Shown piece by piece: positions 1 through 8,744 of a stretch of DNA of 64,000 nt. Location of the stretch: the IMG/VR virus record IMGVR_UViG_3300028653_000011; one strand, written 5' to 3'. A program made the position numbers and the translations under genes. The stretch comes from a virus. Lineage: Duplodnaviria; Heunggongvirae; Uroviricota; Caudoviricetes. Under the pieces are notes generated by a model. That model saw nothing but the letters and a program-made list of their open reading frames with translations, searched no databases and was not told where the DNA came from. How positions within the stretch are numbered: the stretch's first letter is position 1; every line of letters begins with the position of its first letter.

Positions 1-108
1 GGGCCCCGCACACGTGGGTGGGGGTAACCACGGAGGCGGGGGCAGTCACGGTAGTGGGCACGCCGGGGGCGGCGGTCACGGCGGCGGGGGACGCGGAGGA
101 GGGCACCG

Positions 109-783
109 ATGAAGAAGCAGACTGCATCGCTCAAGGCGTTACGCAAGGCCATCGCCGAAGCGCTGGAGAATGACGACCTCAACTCCATCGAGGTGGGGGA
201 CGTCGTCGAAGTGGATCTCGATGAAATTGGCATTCTGCCCGTGCGGGTCATTGAGCTGTTCGATGACGTCAATGCCGTGGCGGGTGGCGAGGCCCCGCGC
301 AATCCGGGTGAGTTCTCCGGACCTGGCTTCTTGGGTGAGATTGACCCCGAGTCGGGCGAATCAGGCCGCATGGTCTTTTCGCTGAATCAGGTATTGCCGG
401 GTAGCAAAGCCAAGGGCTACTTTCCACGTGACGTCGACGACGTTGATCTCGATGCGCGACCCGACGTTGACGAAGGTGACAAGGTCGACGGCTACGTCGC
501 CAACACCGACGGCGATCCACACAAAGAAGACCACGCTGATCCGACGGGACGTAACTGGGGTGCTAGCCTCGATGAACTTGACGAGAGCAATTACAGTAGC
601 TTCGGTGGGATCAATGAAGACATCACTGAAGAGGTAGGCGAGACGTTCTATCGCCTGCTGATGAAGCACTTCTCGGCCGAGCACCTAAAGCGCGGCACTC
701 TGGAGATTCTGCGGCGCAACGTCGAAGAATGTGTCAGCGAACAAGTCGACAAATTGACTGGCATCACCAGCTGGCGCAGGTAG
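109..783 (+). CDS. acidic hypothetical protein
   Basis: 224 aa ORF, GGAGG upstream; N-terminal 'LKALRKAIAEALE' motif. Confidence 0.7.
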   Translation: MKKQTASLKALRKAIAEALENDDLNSIEVGDVVEVDLDEIGILPVRVIELFDDVNAVAGGEAPRNPGEFSGPGFLGEIDPESGESGRMVFSLNQVLPGSKAKGYFPRDVDDVDLDARPDVDEGDKVDGYVANTDGDPHKEDHADPTGRNWGASLDELDESNYSSFGGINEDITEEVGETFYRLLMKHFSAEHLKRGTLEILRRNVEECVSEQVDKLTGITSWRR

Positions 784-785
784 AC

Positions 786-2210
786 TTACTCGACGTGGAT
801 CACGCCGTCGACGTCGACAAGCACCAACCAACACACGTTCGATGGCACGCTGACCGTCTGCTTGTGCTCGGGCACCTGCAGCAGGATTGAGCTGGGCGTC
901 AGGTTGCGGACGGTCATGGTGTGAGACTTCAGCGGCGCCGGCGGAAGATTGATCGTCAACCCGACGACCGTTCCCTCGAGCCGCAGGTTCTTGGTGGTTG
1001 CATCGGGCGTGACGCTCAGCGTCACCTGTCGTGGCACCGCTGCCACATAGCGCGACCACACGCCGTTGCCGTCGAGGGTCGCCTTCAACCAACCCTGCAA
1101 GTTGCCGTTGGGCCCCGTCGTGGCGACGGTCATGTTGCCCGCAGTGCCGCCTTCTGTCAGTGACGGTACGGGCTTTGACGTGTCGAGCGGCGCGCGGTAA
1201 CGTTCAACGAGGCTGGCGATCCTATCCTTCGACTCCACGGCCAACTGCGTCATCGTGGCCCGAATGTGAGCGTTGGCCTCATTGGGCTGCCACGTCCACC
1301 TGGGTGCGCGGTCCTTCTCGACGGCCAGCCACTTGTCGATGGCGTTGTAGAAACCCGTGCTGACGCCGCCGTTGCGGTACGGGTGCCGCAGGCTGCCGCG
1401 CTGGTGGGCAACGAAGGGCACATCGCCGTCCACATGGAATTCTTCGTGATAGTCGCCGAGGCCCTTCAGGACGATGGCGGTGCCCGAGCCCTTCAGGTGC
1501 TTCCACCCGACGTAGTTGATGTTGCGAGAGTGCAGGTATTCCGGGATCTGCCAACCCACATCGCACAGCACCTGGTAGCCCACGGGCAGGTTGTAGATCT
1601 TGGCCTGACCTTCATTGGTGATGTTGAGGGTGTTGCTCTTGCTGGGCACCACCTTGAGATCGCGCCAGCGGTGGGCCGGCGACATCGCCAGCCACGCGGT
1701 GTACGGGATGCCCTTGAACGTCTGGTTGGTGCCGTTGCCGCTGGAGAAACCTCCGATGTCTTCGAAGGTGGCACCGCAGATGCCGGTGCCCCTGTCGAGC
1801 AATTCGTTACGAACGTAGTCATCCCACCCCTTTGCCAACACCACAGTGTCGCTGTCGACGTTGAGGTGGATGTCGCCATCGTCTGTCATTGCCAACCCGT
1901 GCTCGATGACGACGCCGTGGGCCATCGAACCACCCTGGCCCCCGACGCCGCCGTCGGTGCTCGGCACGCAGAATGTCTGTGTATTCGGCAGTGATCTCAA
2001 CCGTTCCGCTGCGGTGGGCCCAATGCAGTGCACCGTCATCTTGAGGGCCTCGGGATGGTTGGCCAACATTCGCATTGTTTCCCACATAAATGTGACGTAG
2101 GGTACGGTTGACTTATCGCTATGACAGTGGGCGTGGATGACGGGTGTGTCCATGTGGGTGCGCTCGCCTTTCGGGTATCTTACGGCGAATTGTGTGACGT
2201 GGGTCGGCAA
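786..2210 (-). CDS. putative glycosyltransferase-like protein with C-terminal beta-rich domain
   Basis: GT-A-like 'HG...HLNVDSDTVVLAKGWD' and 'DVGW' motifs; real start probably the second Met. Confidence 0.5.
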   Translation of the reverse strand: MPTHVTQFAVRYPKGERTHMDTPVIHAHCHSDKSTVPYVTFMWETMRMLANHPEALKMTVHCIGPTAAERLRSLPNTQTFCVPSTDGGVGGQGGSMAHGVVIEHGLAMTDDGDIHLNVDSDTVVLAKGWDDYVRNELLDRGTGICGATFEDIGGFSSGNGTNQTFKGIPYTAWLAMSPAHRWRDLKVVPSKSNTLNITNEGQAKIYNLPVGYQVLCDVGWQIPEYLHSRNINYVGWKHLKGSGTAIVLKGLGDYHEEFHVDGDVPFVAHQRGSLRHPYRNGGVSTGFYNAIDKWLAVEKDRAPRWTWQPNEANAHIRATMTQLAVESKDRIASLVERYRAPLDTSKPVPSLTEGGTAGNMTVATTGPNGNLQGWLKATLDGNGVWSRYVAAVPRQVTLSVTPDATTKNLRLEGTVVGLTINLPPAPLKSHTMTVRNLTPSSILLQVPEHKQTVSVPSNVCWLVLVDVDGVIHVE

Positions 2211-2254
2211 AGTGCACAGTGCAAGTCACTTCGACGTGGTGGTAGGATGTTAAC

Positions 2255-2776
2255 ATGGCGTCCACTCCCGTACCCGGCAAACGAACCAAGTCGATGGAAC
2301 TCAATGCGATCCGAGGATCAATGAACGAGTCGCCCCCACCGCCACCCCCGAACATGACCACCCGCGAGTGGTTCGCTGGCTTAGCGTTGATGAACGCTGC
2401 GTTGATGAAGGACTTGCCGGTGACCATGCGTGCAGCTGAAGCCGTCCGCCTCGCCGACGAACTGATGGCGGCACTGGCGGTGCCACGGGTGCCGAGCAAG
2501 GCATCGATGGAGGCACCGTCGGAGACCGACATGGGTGCGTGGGATCAACACGTTGTCGACAAGCGTGAGAAGTCGACCCCGGGAACGCGAGACACCAACC
2601 CGGCATGTGCCATGGCCCGAGGCGACGTCGACGCGGGGCAATCTAAATCCACCGAAGCCAGCGTTCACTTTCGCCGTGCTAACAATGAATTGACGGCGGC
2701 ACTCGACGACCTGCATGATACTTCAACGCAGTCGCCGGGCAGGTACTCGACGCTCAACGTCAATGACGATGAGTGA
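2255..2776 (+). CDS. hypothetical protein with 'MTTREWFAGLAL...ADELMAAL' phage motif
   Basis: ORF starts exactly 36 nt after GTGCAA promoter element at 2219. Confidence 0.7.
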   Translation: MASTPVPGKRTKSMELNAIRGSMNESPPPPPPNMTTREWFAGLALMNAALMKDLPVTMRAAEAVRLADELMAALAVPRVPSKASMEAPSETDMGAWDQHVVDKREKSTPGTRDTNPACAMARGDVDAGQSKSTEASVHFRRANNELTAALDDLHDTSTQSPGRYSTLNVNDDE

Positions 2777-2777
2777 C

Positions 2778-3011
2778 ATGAAACCCGGTGATCTGATCGA
2801 GTGGTTCTACACGTCGAACGACAAAGCAGTTAAACCTCGTGAAGAGCTGTGGTCGTCGATCGATAAACACTACGTGACCATTGGCGGCACCCACCTACTG
2901 ATTTCCCGTGCTGACGAGGTGCTGACATTCCTCACCATGGGCAGTGACAAGGGGTTGCTCCGCGCGCGCGAGGATGATTCGGGGAGTGAACACGAGTGCA
3001 TAAAAAAGTAG
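2778..3011 (+). CDS. MKPGDLIEW-family protein, copy A, 3' end contains CRISPR-like repeat
   Basis: paralog of 8472, 8741, 9004, 17879, 30717. Confidence 0.75.
   Translation: MKPGDLIEWFYTSNDKAVKPREELWSSIDKHYVTIGGTHLLISRADEVLTFLTMGSDKGLLRAREDDSGSEHECIKK
2953..2981 (+). repeat. solitary I-E-like repeat GGTTGCTCCGCGCGCGCGAGGATGATTCG
   Basis: near-identical to repeats at 9182/9243. Confidence 0.85.
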
Positions 3012-3019
3012 GATGACAC

Positions 3020-3718
3020 ATGCTGATCGTGCTATCAGGTGAAGCGGGTGCAGGCAAGGACGCCGTTGCTCGGGTGTTGGCCGAGCACCACGGCTACATC
3101 ATGCACTCGCTGTCGGCGCCGCTCAAGCGCTTCGCCGAAGACATGTTCGGCTTCAGCGACACACAGTTGTACGGGCCCTCGCGGTACCGCAATGAACCCG
3201 ACCCGAGGTGGGCGCGCCCGTGTTCGACGTGTGGTGGCTTGGGCAAAGTCTACGGCACTGACATTCCGCATGCCCAGTGTAGGGGCACCGGCAAGCTCAA
3301 TGACAATTCGCCACGCCGTGTACTGCAATTGCTGGGTGACGAGTGGCTACGCCAGATGATCCACCCCGATGCGCTGACGATACGCGCGAGATCTGAACTG
3401 GAAGACTTGCTAGCCGATGATTGCAGTGTCGTCATCAATGATGCGCGCTTTGCCAATGACCGCGACAATTTACGTGCATGGTTGGGGGCCCACCGGGTCG
3501 ACGTCAGGGCGCTGGGAAAGCAGGTCAAGTCAGCCGCCTGGCGCAGCCATGGCAGTGAATTATCGAGGCCCACCGACGATGAAGTCGAGTACGTGCTGGT
3601 GAACCCGGAAGAGTTTCCGTTTCCTGGGCTCAAGACGCGTGTGGACGACATGCTGGTGAAGTTGGCCTCAAGAATTGAGGTGCCCGAAGGGCATGCAGTT
3701 CCTGCACGGACGCCATGA
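3020..3718 (+). CDS. deoxynucleoside monophosphate kinase
   Basis: P-loop GEAGAGKD, 'SPRRVLQLLGDE', 'INDARFAND'. Confidence 0.85.
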   Translation: MLIVLSGEAGAGKDAVARVLAEHHGYIMHSLSAPLKRFAEDMFGFSDTQLYGPSRYRNEPDPRWARPCSTCGGLGKVYGTDIPHAQCRGTGKLNDNSPRRVLQLLGDEWLRQMIHPDALTIRARSELEDLLADDCSVVINDARFANDRDNLRAWLGAHRVDVRALGKQVKSAAWRSHGSELSRPTDDEVEYVLVNPEEFPFPGLKTRVDDMLVKLASRIEVPEGHAVPARTP

Positions 3719-4128
3719 AATATCGACCTGAAATCAGTGGCGAGCTGCAACTCCATTCGATTCCCATCTTCATCGAACGCGTCGGGCACGTTGATCCCAT
3801 GCGGTGCGGCACCTTCGTCGAGCTGTTGCACAAGCAGGCGACGGTGAAGTTATACGCCGACTTCGACGATCGCGCCGGCGGGCTGGCCATATGCGAGGCG
3901 GGGGTGGGGGTGGTGTTCGACCACGTATGGCACGTGGATCCGTTGGAGCTGCGCTCCGCACAAGCGGTGGAGCACGTGCACTCGCAGTCATATGGGCACC
4001 TGAAGTTGAAGAATGTCTATGAATTCCTGTGGTACCGAGTGAGGTTTAATCGTGGCACCTTCTTGGCGAGGTACAACTGGTTGACGGAAGGAGTGACGGC
4101 GCCGGTCGAGCAAAAAGTGTCGCCGTGA
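3715..4128 (+). CDS. hypothetical protein
   Basis: ATGA overlap with upstream stop. Confidence 0.6.
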   Translation: MKYRPEISGELQLHSIPIFIERVGHVDPMRCGTFVELLHKQATVKLYADFDDRAGGLAICEAGVGVVFDHVWHVDPLELRSAQAVEHVHSQSYGHLKLKNVYEFLWYRVRFNRGTFLARYNWLTEGVTAPVEQKVSP

Positions 4129-4184
4129 CGTAAAACGGTGAAACAAGCTGACGTAGCCTGATATAGTACTTGATACCGGCAAGA

Positions 4185-4259
4185 CGAACCGTAGCTCAGC
4201 ATGGTTAGAGCATCGCACTGATATTGCGAGGGTCAGGGGTTCGACTCCCTTCGGTTCGA
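4185..4259 (+). tRNA. tRNA-Ile(GAT)
   Basis: cloverleaf, anticodon loop CTGATAT, TTCGA T-loop. Confidence 0.9.
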
Positions 4260-4490
4260 CGACGAAATCACACAAGAAGAAATCATGAATACCCAACCCG
4301 CACAGAAAAAGCTCGTAAAGCAGTGGCAGCGTTATGCTGTTGCTGCCAATCAAGATACGTGAGCGCGGAGCCTCTCAGCTTCGCAAACGCTCCGAAGCTG
4401 GTGAGATGAAGGTGAAGAAAGAGCCGACACCGAACCAGCCGAGGAGGAAAGGAACTTCCCTCGGCAATCGTCGTTTCGACACAACACACT

Positions 4491-4571
4491 GGTGTGCTAT
4501 ACCGCTATGGAGACGGGGCAGTCTGTAACACTGTCGCTTAAGCTCGCAGGGTTCGATTCCCTGGCGCACCA
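4491..4571 (+). tRNA. tRNA-Tyr(GTA)
   Basis: loop CTGTAAC, long variable arm. Confidence 0.85.
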
Positions 4572-4621
4572 CGACTGCGATGACGAAGGTCATCACGATC
4601 ATTGACAATCTGCGTTCCTAT

Positions 4622-4695
4622 TGCTCGATAGCCAAGTTGGTACGGCAGCGCACTGTTAATGCGCCCATGCGCAGGTTCGAATCCTGCTCGAGCAG
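4622..4695 (+). tRNA. tRNA-Asn(GTT)
   Basis: loop CTGTTAA. Confidence 0.9.
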
Positions 4696-4696
4696 C

Positions 4697-4767
4697 TCGG
4701 GTATCATACAGTGGTAGTATGACTGACTCTGACTCAGTTCACGGACGTTCGAATCGTTCTACCCGAA
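4697..4767 (+). tRNA. tRNA-Gln(CTG)
   Basis: loop CTCTGAC. Confidence 0.85.
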
Positions 4768-4768
4768 C

Positions 4769-4841
4769 GGGCTCGTAACTCAATTGGTAGAGTACTCGGT
4801 TCTTACCCGAGAAGTTGAAGGTTCGACTCCTTTCGGGCTCA
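4769..4841 (+). tRNA. tRNA-Lys(CTT)
   Basis: loop TTCTTAC. Confidence 0.9.
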
Positions 4842-4842
4842 C

Positions 4843-4917
4843 CTCCTCGTAGTTCAGCGGAATTAGAACGTCGGCCTGCGAAGCCGAAGGCCGTGGGTTC
4901 GAGTCCCACCGAGGAGA
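4843..4917 (+). tRNA. tRNA-Arg(GCG)
   Basis: TCGGC-CTGCGAA-GCCGA anticodon arm. Confidence 0.85.
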
Positions 4918-4918
4918 C

Positions 4919-4990
4919 GTGGCACCAGTAACTCAGTGGGAGCAATCTCATACCCTTCCCTTGACGAAGGTGTAGGTGAACAAGTGCCAC
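4919..4990 (+). pseudogene. degenerate tRNA-like element
   Basis: GTGGCAC/GTGCCAC stem and CCTTC-CCTTGAC-GAAGG hairpin; no T-arm. Confidence 0.35.
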
Positions 4991-5014
4991 TGCATGTTGT
5001 ATGATTCAACTCAC

Positions 5015-5084
5015 GGAGGAGTAGCTCAGTGTAGAGCAGTGCCTGTACCGGCACAGGTCGTAGGTTAAACTCCTGCCTCCTCCA
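5015..5084 (+). tRNA. atypical tRNA-like gene, 6-nt anticodon loop TGTACC
   Basis: all four stems pair; D-loop GG and T-loop TTC altered. Confidence 0.6.
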
Positions 5085-5090
5085 CGATAC

Positions 5091-5161
5091 GGGAGAGTAG
5101 CTCAGAGAAAGAGCAGTGCCCTTGCTGGCGCAGGTCGGTGGTTTAATTCCATCCTCTCCCA
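5091..5161 (+). tRNA. atypical tRNA-like gene, 6-nt anticodon loop CTTGCT
   Basis: all four stems pair; loops atypical. Confidence 0.6.
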
Positions 5162-5182
5162 CCGTCACTTCACGTGACGCAT

Positions 5183-5258
5183 GCCCTCGTAGCTCAGTTT
5201 GCAGAGCGCCGTCGATTTTAGACGGAGGTCGGTGGTCCGATTCCATCCGAGGGCTCCA
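5183..5258 (+). tRNA. atypical tRNA-Lys(TTT)-like
   Basis: loop GATTTTA lacks U33; ends in CCA. Confidence 0.6.
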
Positions 5259-5270
5259 CATTCAACACAC

Positions 5271-5342
5271 GGATTCAGAACTCGAGTGGCAGAGTTCCCG
5301 GCTTTTACCCGGGTAGTGACGGTTCGAGCCCGTCTGGATCCA
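5271..5342 (+). tRNA. tRNA-Lys(TTT)
   Basis: loop CTTTTAC. Confidence 0.8.
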
Positions 5343-5343
5343 C

Positions 5344-5418
5344 GCAGACGAGTGACGCGGTTCACTGAAGCTTCATACGCTTCAAACGCCATGGTTCGAC
5401 TCCGTGGGTCTGCAACCA
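5344..5418 (+). tRNA. tRNA-Met/Ile2(CAT)
   Basis: loop TTCATAC. Confidence 0.7.
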
Positions 5419-5422
5419 CTTT

Positions 5423-5495
5423 CACCCCGTAGATCAGCGGCAAGATCGCTTGCTCGACACGCAAGAGACCGTGGGTTCGAGTCCCACCGGGGTGA
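5423..5495 (+). tRNA. tRNA-Val(GAC)
   Basis: loop TCGACAC (C33). Confidence 0.8.
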
Positions 5496-5625
5496 CGACG
5501 CGAATGAGCGTCAGTGTAAGTAACTAACAACAGTACACATTGATATGGGTAGGTGAAAGCCGTCTCGGCCGGGACGATGAGTAACCACAGTACCTAAGCA
5601 CTTCGGTGCTGGTGCAACCAAACAT

Positions 5626-5702
5626 GGGGCCAACAGGCGAGTCGCGCAGCAAAGCCAACATGGAAGCTGAGCGCACGGCGGGTTCGACTCCCGCTGGCTC
5701 CA
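5626..5702 (+). ncRNA. tmRNA tRNA-like domain only (mini-tmRNA candidate)
   Basis: GGGGCCA/TGGCTCC-A acceptor with G3:U70, unpaired D region, short P2-like helix, GCGGGTTCGACTCCCGC T-arm. Confidence 0.55.
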
Positions 5703-5770
5703 CGAGTGACACCTACTGGATATTGCTAGCATCAAAAGTGGTGTGACATCGGGGAGAGACCCGACAATTT

Positions 5771-5841
5771 GGGGCGTTGATCTACCGCGATGATTCCTGA
5801 CCTGCAATCAGGCCGACCGGGTTGGATTCCCGGACGCTCCA
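5771..5841 (+). tRNA. atypical tRNA-Ala(TGC)-like
   Basis: G3:U70; loop CCTGCAA. Confidence 0.55.
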
Positions 5842-5854
5842 CTCGTTGTGAATT

Positions 5855-5925
5855 GGTGATGTGCGCCACGGGAGGCGACTTCCCTGTCTAGGAAGCGTAC
5901 GCGGGTTCGAATCCCGTCATCATCG
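5855..5925 (+). tRNA. tRNA-Asp(GTC)
   Basis: loop CTGTCTA. Confidence 0.8.
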
Positions 5926-5926
5926 C

Positions 5927-6001
5927 AGGGGTATCATTCAGCGGCTAGGATGTCCGCCTCCAAAACGGATCACCTCGGTTCGAGTCCGAGTGCCCCTGCC
6001 A
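5927..6001 (+). tRNA. tRNA-Trp(CCA)
   Basis: loop CTCCAAA; CCA end. Confidence 0.85.
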
Positions 6002-6011
6002 CTTTTCTCAC

Positions 6012-6079
6012 GTCACTGCTTCGGCGGCCGAAGTGAACCATGGGCACATCGCGCGCACGTTCGAGTCGTGCCGGTGACA
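6012..6079 (+). pseudogene. degenerate tRNA
   Basis: acceptor and T-arm intact; anticodon arm unresolved. Confidence 0.4.
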
Positions 6080-6108
6080 CACATAAATAGGAACGCAGGT
6101 TATCACAC

Positions 6109-6185
6109 TGGCCACTCGTCTAAAGGCAGGACCCCGCGCTTTGAACGCGGATGAAATGTGGGTTCGACTCCTACGTGGCCAACCA
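6109..6185 (+). tRNA. tRNA-Gln(TTG)
   Basis: loop CTTTGAA; CCA end. Confidence 0.85.
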
Positions 6186-6221
6186 GTGTAACTCCCCTTC
6201 AACCCATGTTAGGGTAAGACC

Positions 6222-6536
6222 ATGGACTCGTCTGTACCCTACCGCGTCGGCGACATCGTCTCCATGACGGGCCCTTTCGGCGCTGACAGCGGGGCATTCG
6301 ACGGTATCCTGTGGCGCGTGGTCATGATCAAGGAGATCACCAAGCACGCCCACAACCTCCGCATCGAATTCTGTTGGTGCGCGACGGGCAGCTCCAGCCT
6401 CAGGCCCAAGTGGATCGCGGCCTCACGCGTCAAGCAGCGCTTTGACTTCGTTCGGCTCGGGCAATTGCGGATGCAGCTCGATGACCTGTGTCGGCAGGCG
6501 TTGAATCGTGAAGTCGATCCCATCCCGTTCGGATGA
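6222..6536 (+). CDS. hypothetical protein
   Basis: ATG 36 nt after GTGTAA at 6186. Confidence 0.65.
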   Translation: MDSSVPYRVGDIVSMTGPFGADSGAFDGILWRVVMIKEITKHAHNLRIEFCWCATGSSSLRPKWIAASRVKQRFDFVRLGQLRMQLDDLCRQALNREVDPIPFG

Positions 6537-6641
6537 AAGCCTGTGCCCTTGACCACGTTCAGGAGTGAACTCGTGGGTCGGAAGGTGGGTAACTACCTGC
6601 ACGTGGGTTGGTTATCCTAGGGCGGTCTGTGGGTGGTCAGG

Positions 6642-6662
6642 AATTACACTCGGGGTGTAACT
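6642..6662. promoter_or_regulatory. 21-bp palindromic site, copy 1
   Basis: AATTACACTCGGGGTGTAACT; related copies at 14691, 16235, 27314. Confidence 0.7.
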
Positions 6663-6703
6663 CACGTCCTGAAGTCCGTGAGGACTGAAGCAATTTGGTA
6701 GCA

Positions 6704-6742
6704 GTGCAAGTCACCCCATGACCGTGGTAGGATTAGATCATG
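6704..6742 (+). promoter_or_regulatory. representative conserved leaderless promoter GTGCAA-N18-TAGGAT-TAGATC-ATG
   Basis: motif recurs with identical spacing at 17 genes. Confidence 0.8.
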
Positions 6743-6988
6743 GCAATCAAAGCACTCAAGTACAAGCGCGAAATCCGCAAGCCCAACGGCATGACCATCG
6801 TTCACAACGGCTGGTGCACCACGCTGCCAGACTCCGCAGAGGAGATGCGTCAGCTCATCAGGCAGGGGCCCAACAGTGGGGGCAACGTCTTCTGCCGTGG
6901 GACGGGTGACGACTACATCCTCAACAATCCGTGTGTCGTCAGGTACTACCTTGACGGAAAGTTCGTCAGGGCATTCACCTGCAAGTGA
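6740..6988 (+). CDS. hypothetical protein (leaderless)
   Basis: promoter-coupled ATG. Confidence 0.75.
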   Translation: MAIKALKYKREIRKPNGMTIVHNGWCTTLPDSAEEMRQLIRQGPNSGGNVFCRGTGDDYILNNPCVVRYYLDGKFVRAFTCK

Positions 6989-7026
6989 CGGTGTAAGTCG
7001 CTGTCGATTCCTGATAGGATCAGATC

Positions 7027-7236
7027 ATGATCACCGTCAACCGAGATAAGCTCAAGAGCCTGCTGTACACGCCCCCTCCCGCTCCCGTGGGCTTCAATAG
7101 GCCACCGCCGAGCTACAAGGGTTACGGAGCGTGGCTCGACTACAAGTCGGAGTTGCAGGACGCAGTCGATGAGCTGCTCGAGCAAGGCCTGACCGAGCAA
7201 GAAGCCGCGCGGGCCTGCAACCAGCTGTTGTCGTAG
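7027..7236 (+). CDS. hypothetical protein (leaderless)
   Basis: promoter at 6991. Confidence 0.75.
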   Translation: MITVNRDKLKSLLYTPPPAPVGFNRPPPSYKGYGAWLDYKSELQDAVDELLEQGLTEQEAARACNQLLS

Positions 7237-7276
7237 ACGAGTGCAAGTCTTCACCCGTTCGTGGTACAGTTAGATC

Positions 7277-7429
7277 ATGGTGAAGTTCAACGTCACGGTG
7301 ATCGATCGCGGTGAACAACGCATCGTCGAGGTCATGACGGCCAAGACGGAAGCAATTGTCCGTCGGTCGTTCCGTCGCCTGCAGAAGCAGCACGGCCGCG
7401 AGAACGCGGTGCTCGTTGGCCCAGTGTAA
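7277..7429 (+). CDS. small hypothetical protein MVKFNVTVIDRG (not in ORF track)
   Basis: promoter at 7241; 50 aa open frame. Confidence 0.7.
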   Translation: MVKFNVTVIDRGEQRIVEVMTAKTEAIVRRSFRRLQKQHGRENAVLVGPV

Positions 7430-7459
7430 GTTCCACTTCGATCCTGGTACAGTTAGATC

Positions 7460-7855
7460 ATGGCCACCAAGCGAACCCCAAAGCGGTCCCCTCTAGTTCA
7501 AGCGGCTCTCACCCACCTCAAGACGACGGCCGACTACAAGGACGGCATCCCGAGGAGCTACATGCGCGGTGATGCCGAGAGCGGCGCCACCGAGTACGCC
7601 CTGCTCGCCTACGTCGAGGAGTTGGAGAAGCGTCCCAAGAAGGCGACGAAGAAGGCGACCTCACCTGACCTTCGTGATGCAGTCATCACCCGCATGCGAG
7701 ACATGCTCCGTGAGGTGCAGGCGCTCCACTTTCACCGGCCCGACGCCGACGCGATGCAGTTCTGTGTAGGTTGTGGCGGTAACCCAAACCACACGCCACA
7801 ACACGATGATGACTGCATCGTCGTCCGCCTTGCCCACCTCCTCGATGAGGTCTGA
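7460..7855 (+). CDS. hypothetical protein with CxxC/H motif
   Basis: promoter at 7424. Confidence 0.75.
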   Translation: MATKRTPKRSPLVQAALTHLKTTADYKDGIPRSYMRGDAESGATEYALLAYVEELEKRPKKATKKATSPDLRDAVITRMRDMLREVQALHFHRPDADAMQFCVGCGGNPNHTPQHDDDCIVVRLAHLLDEV

Positions 7856-7922
7856 AAGCCGACGCTTGCAGAGGTCTAACGGTGCAAGGTCACTGACGAT
7901 CGTGGTACAGTTGTTCTAGAGG

Positions 7923-8183
7923 TTGACTCCGGTGCCCGAAGAAGAATTCACCAGCCATCGTTGTCCCACCTGCGGGGGTGTCAGTCACCCGGCATCGGGG
8001 TGTGCTTACACGCCCACCTTCATAGTCTGCGGCCCTTGCACTCGCGAGGCGTGGAAATGGATCATCGAGATGACGGCATCGAAAGGTCGTCGCAAGGGCC
8101 GCCCGGCCTTCTACGACCATGTCAACCGCATCAGCGCACCCATCGAAGTGAACGTTGAAGAAGCAGAGGTGCCACATGAATGA
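7923..8183 (+). CDS. zinc-finger hypothetical protein
   Basis: CPTC...CGPC. Confidence 0.6.
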   Translation: MTPVPEEEFTSHRCPTCGGVSHPASGCAYTPTFIVCGPCTREAWKWIIEMTASKGRRKGRPAFYDHVNRISAPIEVNVEEAEVPHE

Positions 8184-8475
8184 GCGACCTGCAGAGTGCT
8201 ACGTGCCCGTCGTTGAGGGCGAACGTTGGTACTACGCTACGTACAACGTCGAGCTGGCATACCCGGCAGTGTTCTTCTACTTCTCGGAGTGTTCAACGGG
8301 TCACAATTTCACTATGAAGATGTCGATGACGTCGGCGGGTGAGATCGAGGTCGAGAAAGACCACGGGTGCGGCAATGAGTGCGGCTGCTCCACGATCTGC
8401 ACCTACGTCCCCGTCGCCATCATGGCAGAATTCATGCGTCAGCACGGCTACACGATCGAAAAGAACGCACCATGA
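8176..8475 (+). CDS. hypothetical protein
   Basis: GAGG RBS; coupled to next gene. Confidence 0.6.
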   Translation: MNERPAECYVPVVEGERWYYATYNVELAYPAVFFYFSECSTGHNFTMKMSMTSAGEIEVEKDHGCGNECGCSTICTYVPVAIMAEFMRQHGYTIEKNAP

Positions 8476-8744
8476 AGCCCGGCGACCTGATCGAGTGGTA
8501 TTACTCAACGCCTAGCCTCAAGAGCATGCCAGTCGTCAAGCATGAAAGCATGTGGTCGACCGTGACGGAGAGGTGGGTGCCGATCGATGGGGTCTACACG
8601 CTAGTTAGCATCGCCGATGACATCATGACGTGGTTTCACCCTAGCAAAGGTTTGGTGTCCGCGCGGACATATGACCATGAGTCAAGAGGCGTCTCCATCA
8701 CACGAGGCTTCGTCAGGCCGCGGGTCTGTGATGTCACTTCGTGA
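8472..8744 (+). CDS. MKPGDLIEW-family protein, copy B (repeat degenerate)
   Basis: MKPGDLIEWYY...WS...WVPIDG. Confidence 0.75.
   Translation: MKPGDLIEWYYSTPSLKSMPVVKHESMWSTVTERWVPIDGVYTLVSIADDIMTWFHPSKGLVSARTYDHESRGVSITRGFVRPRVCDVTS

Noticed and set aside
4285-4362. Small ORF containing YAVAA as the tag-coding half of a split tmRNA
   Set aside because: The frame continues NQDT before the stop, and I see no pairing to the 5626 element.
5550-5600. Hammerhead ribozyme
   Set aside because: GAAA and GATGA are present, but the CUGAUGA core and stem order do not fit.
5771-5841. tRNA-Sec or tRNA-Cys
   Set aside because: No TCA anticodon or long variable arm; the stem register gives TGC with G3:U70.
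4224-6202. ORF-track ORFs across the tRNA clusters (also 31752-33446, 35015-35417)
   Set aside because: They overlap well-formed tRNA genes and are spurious, except 32525.
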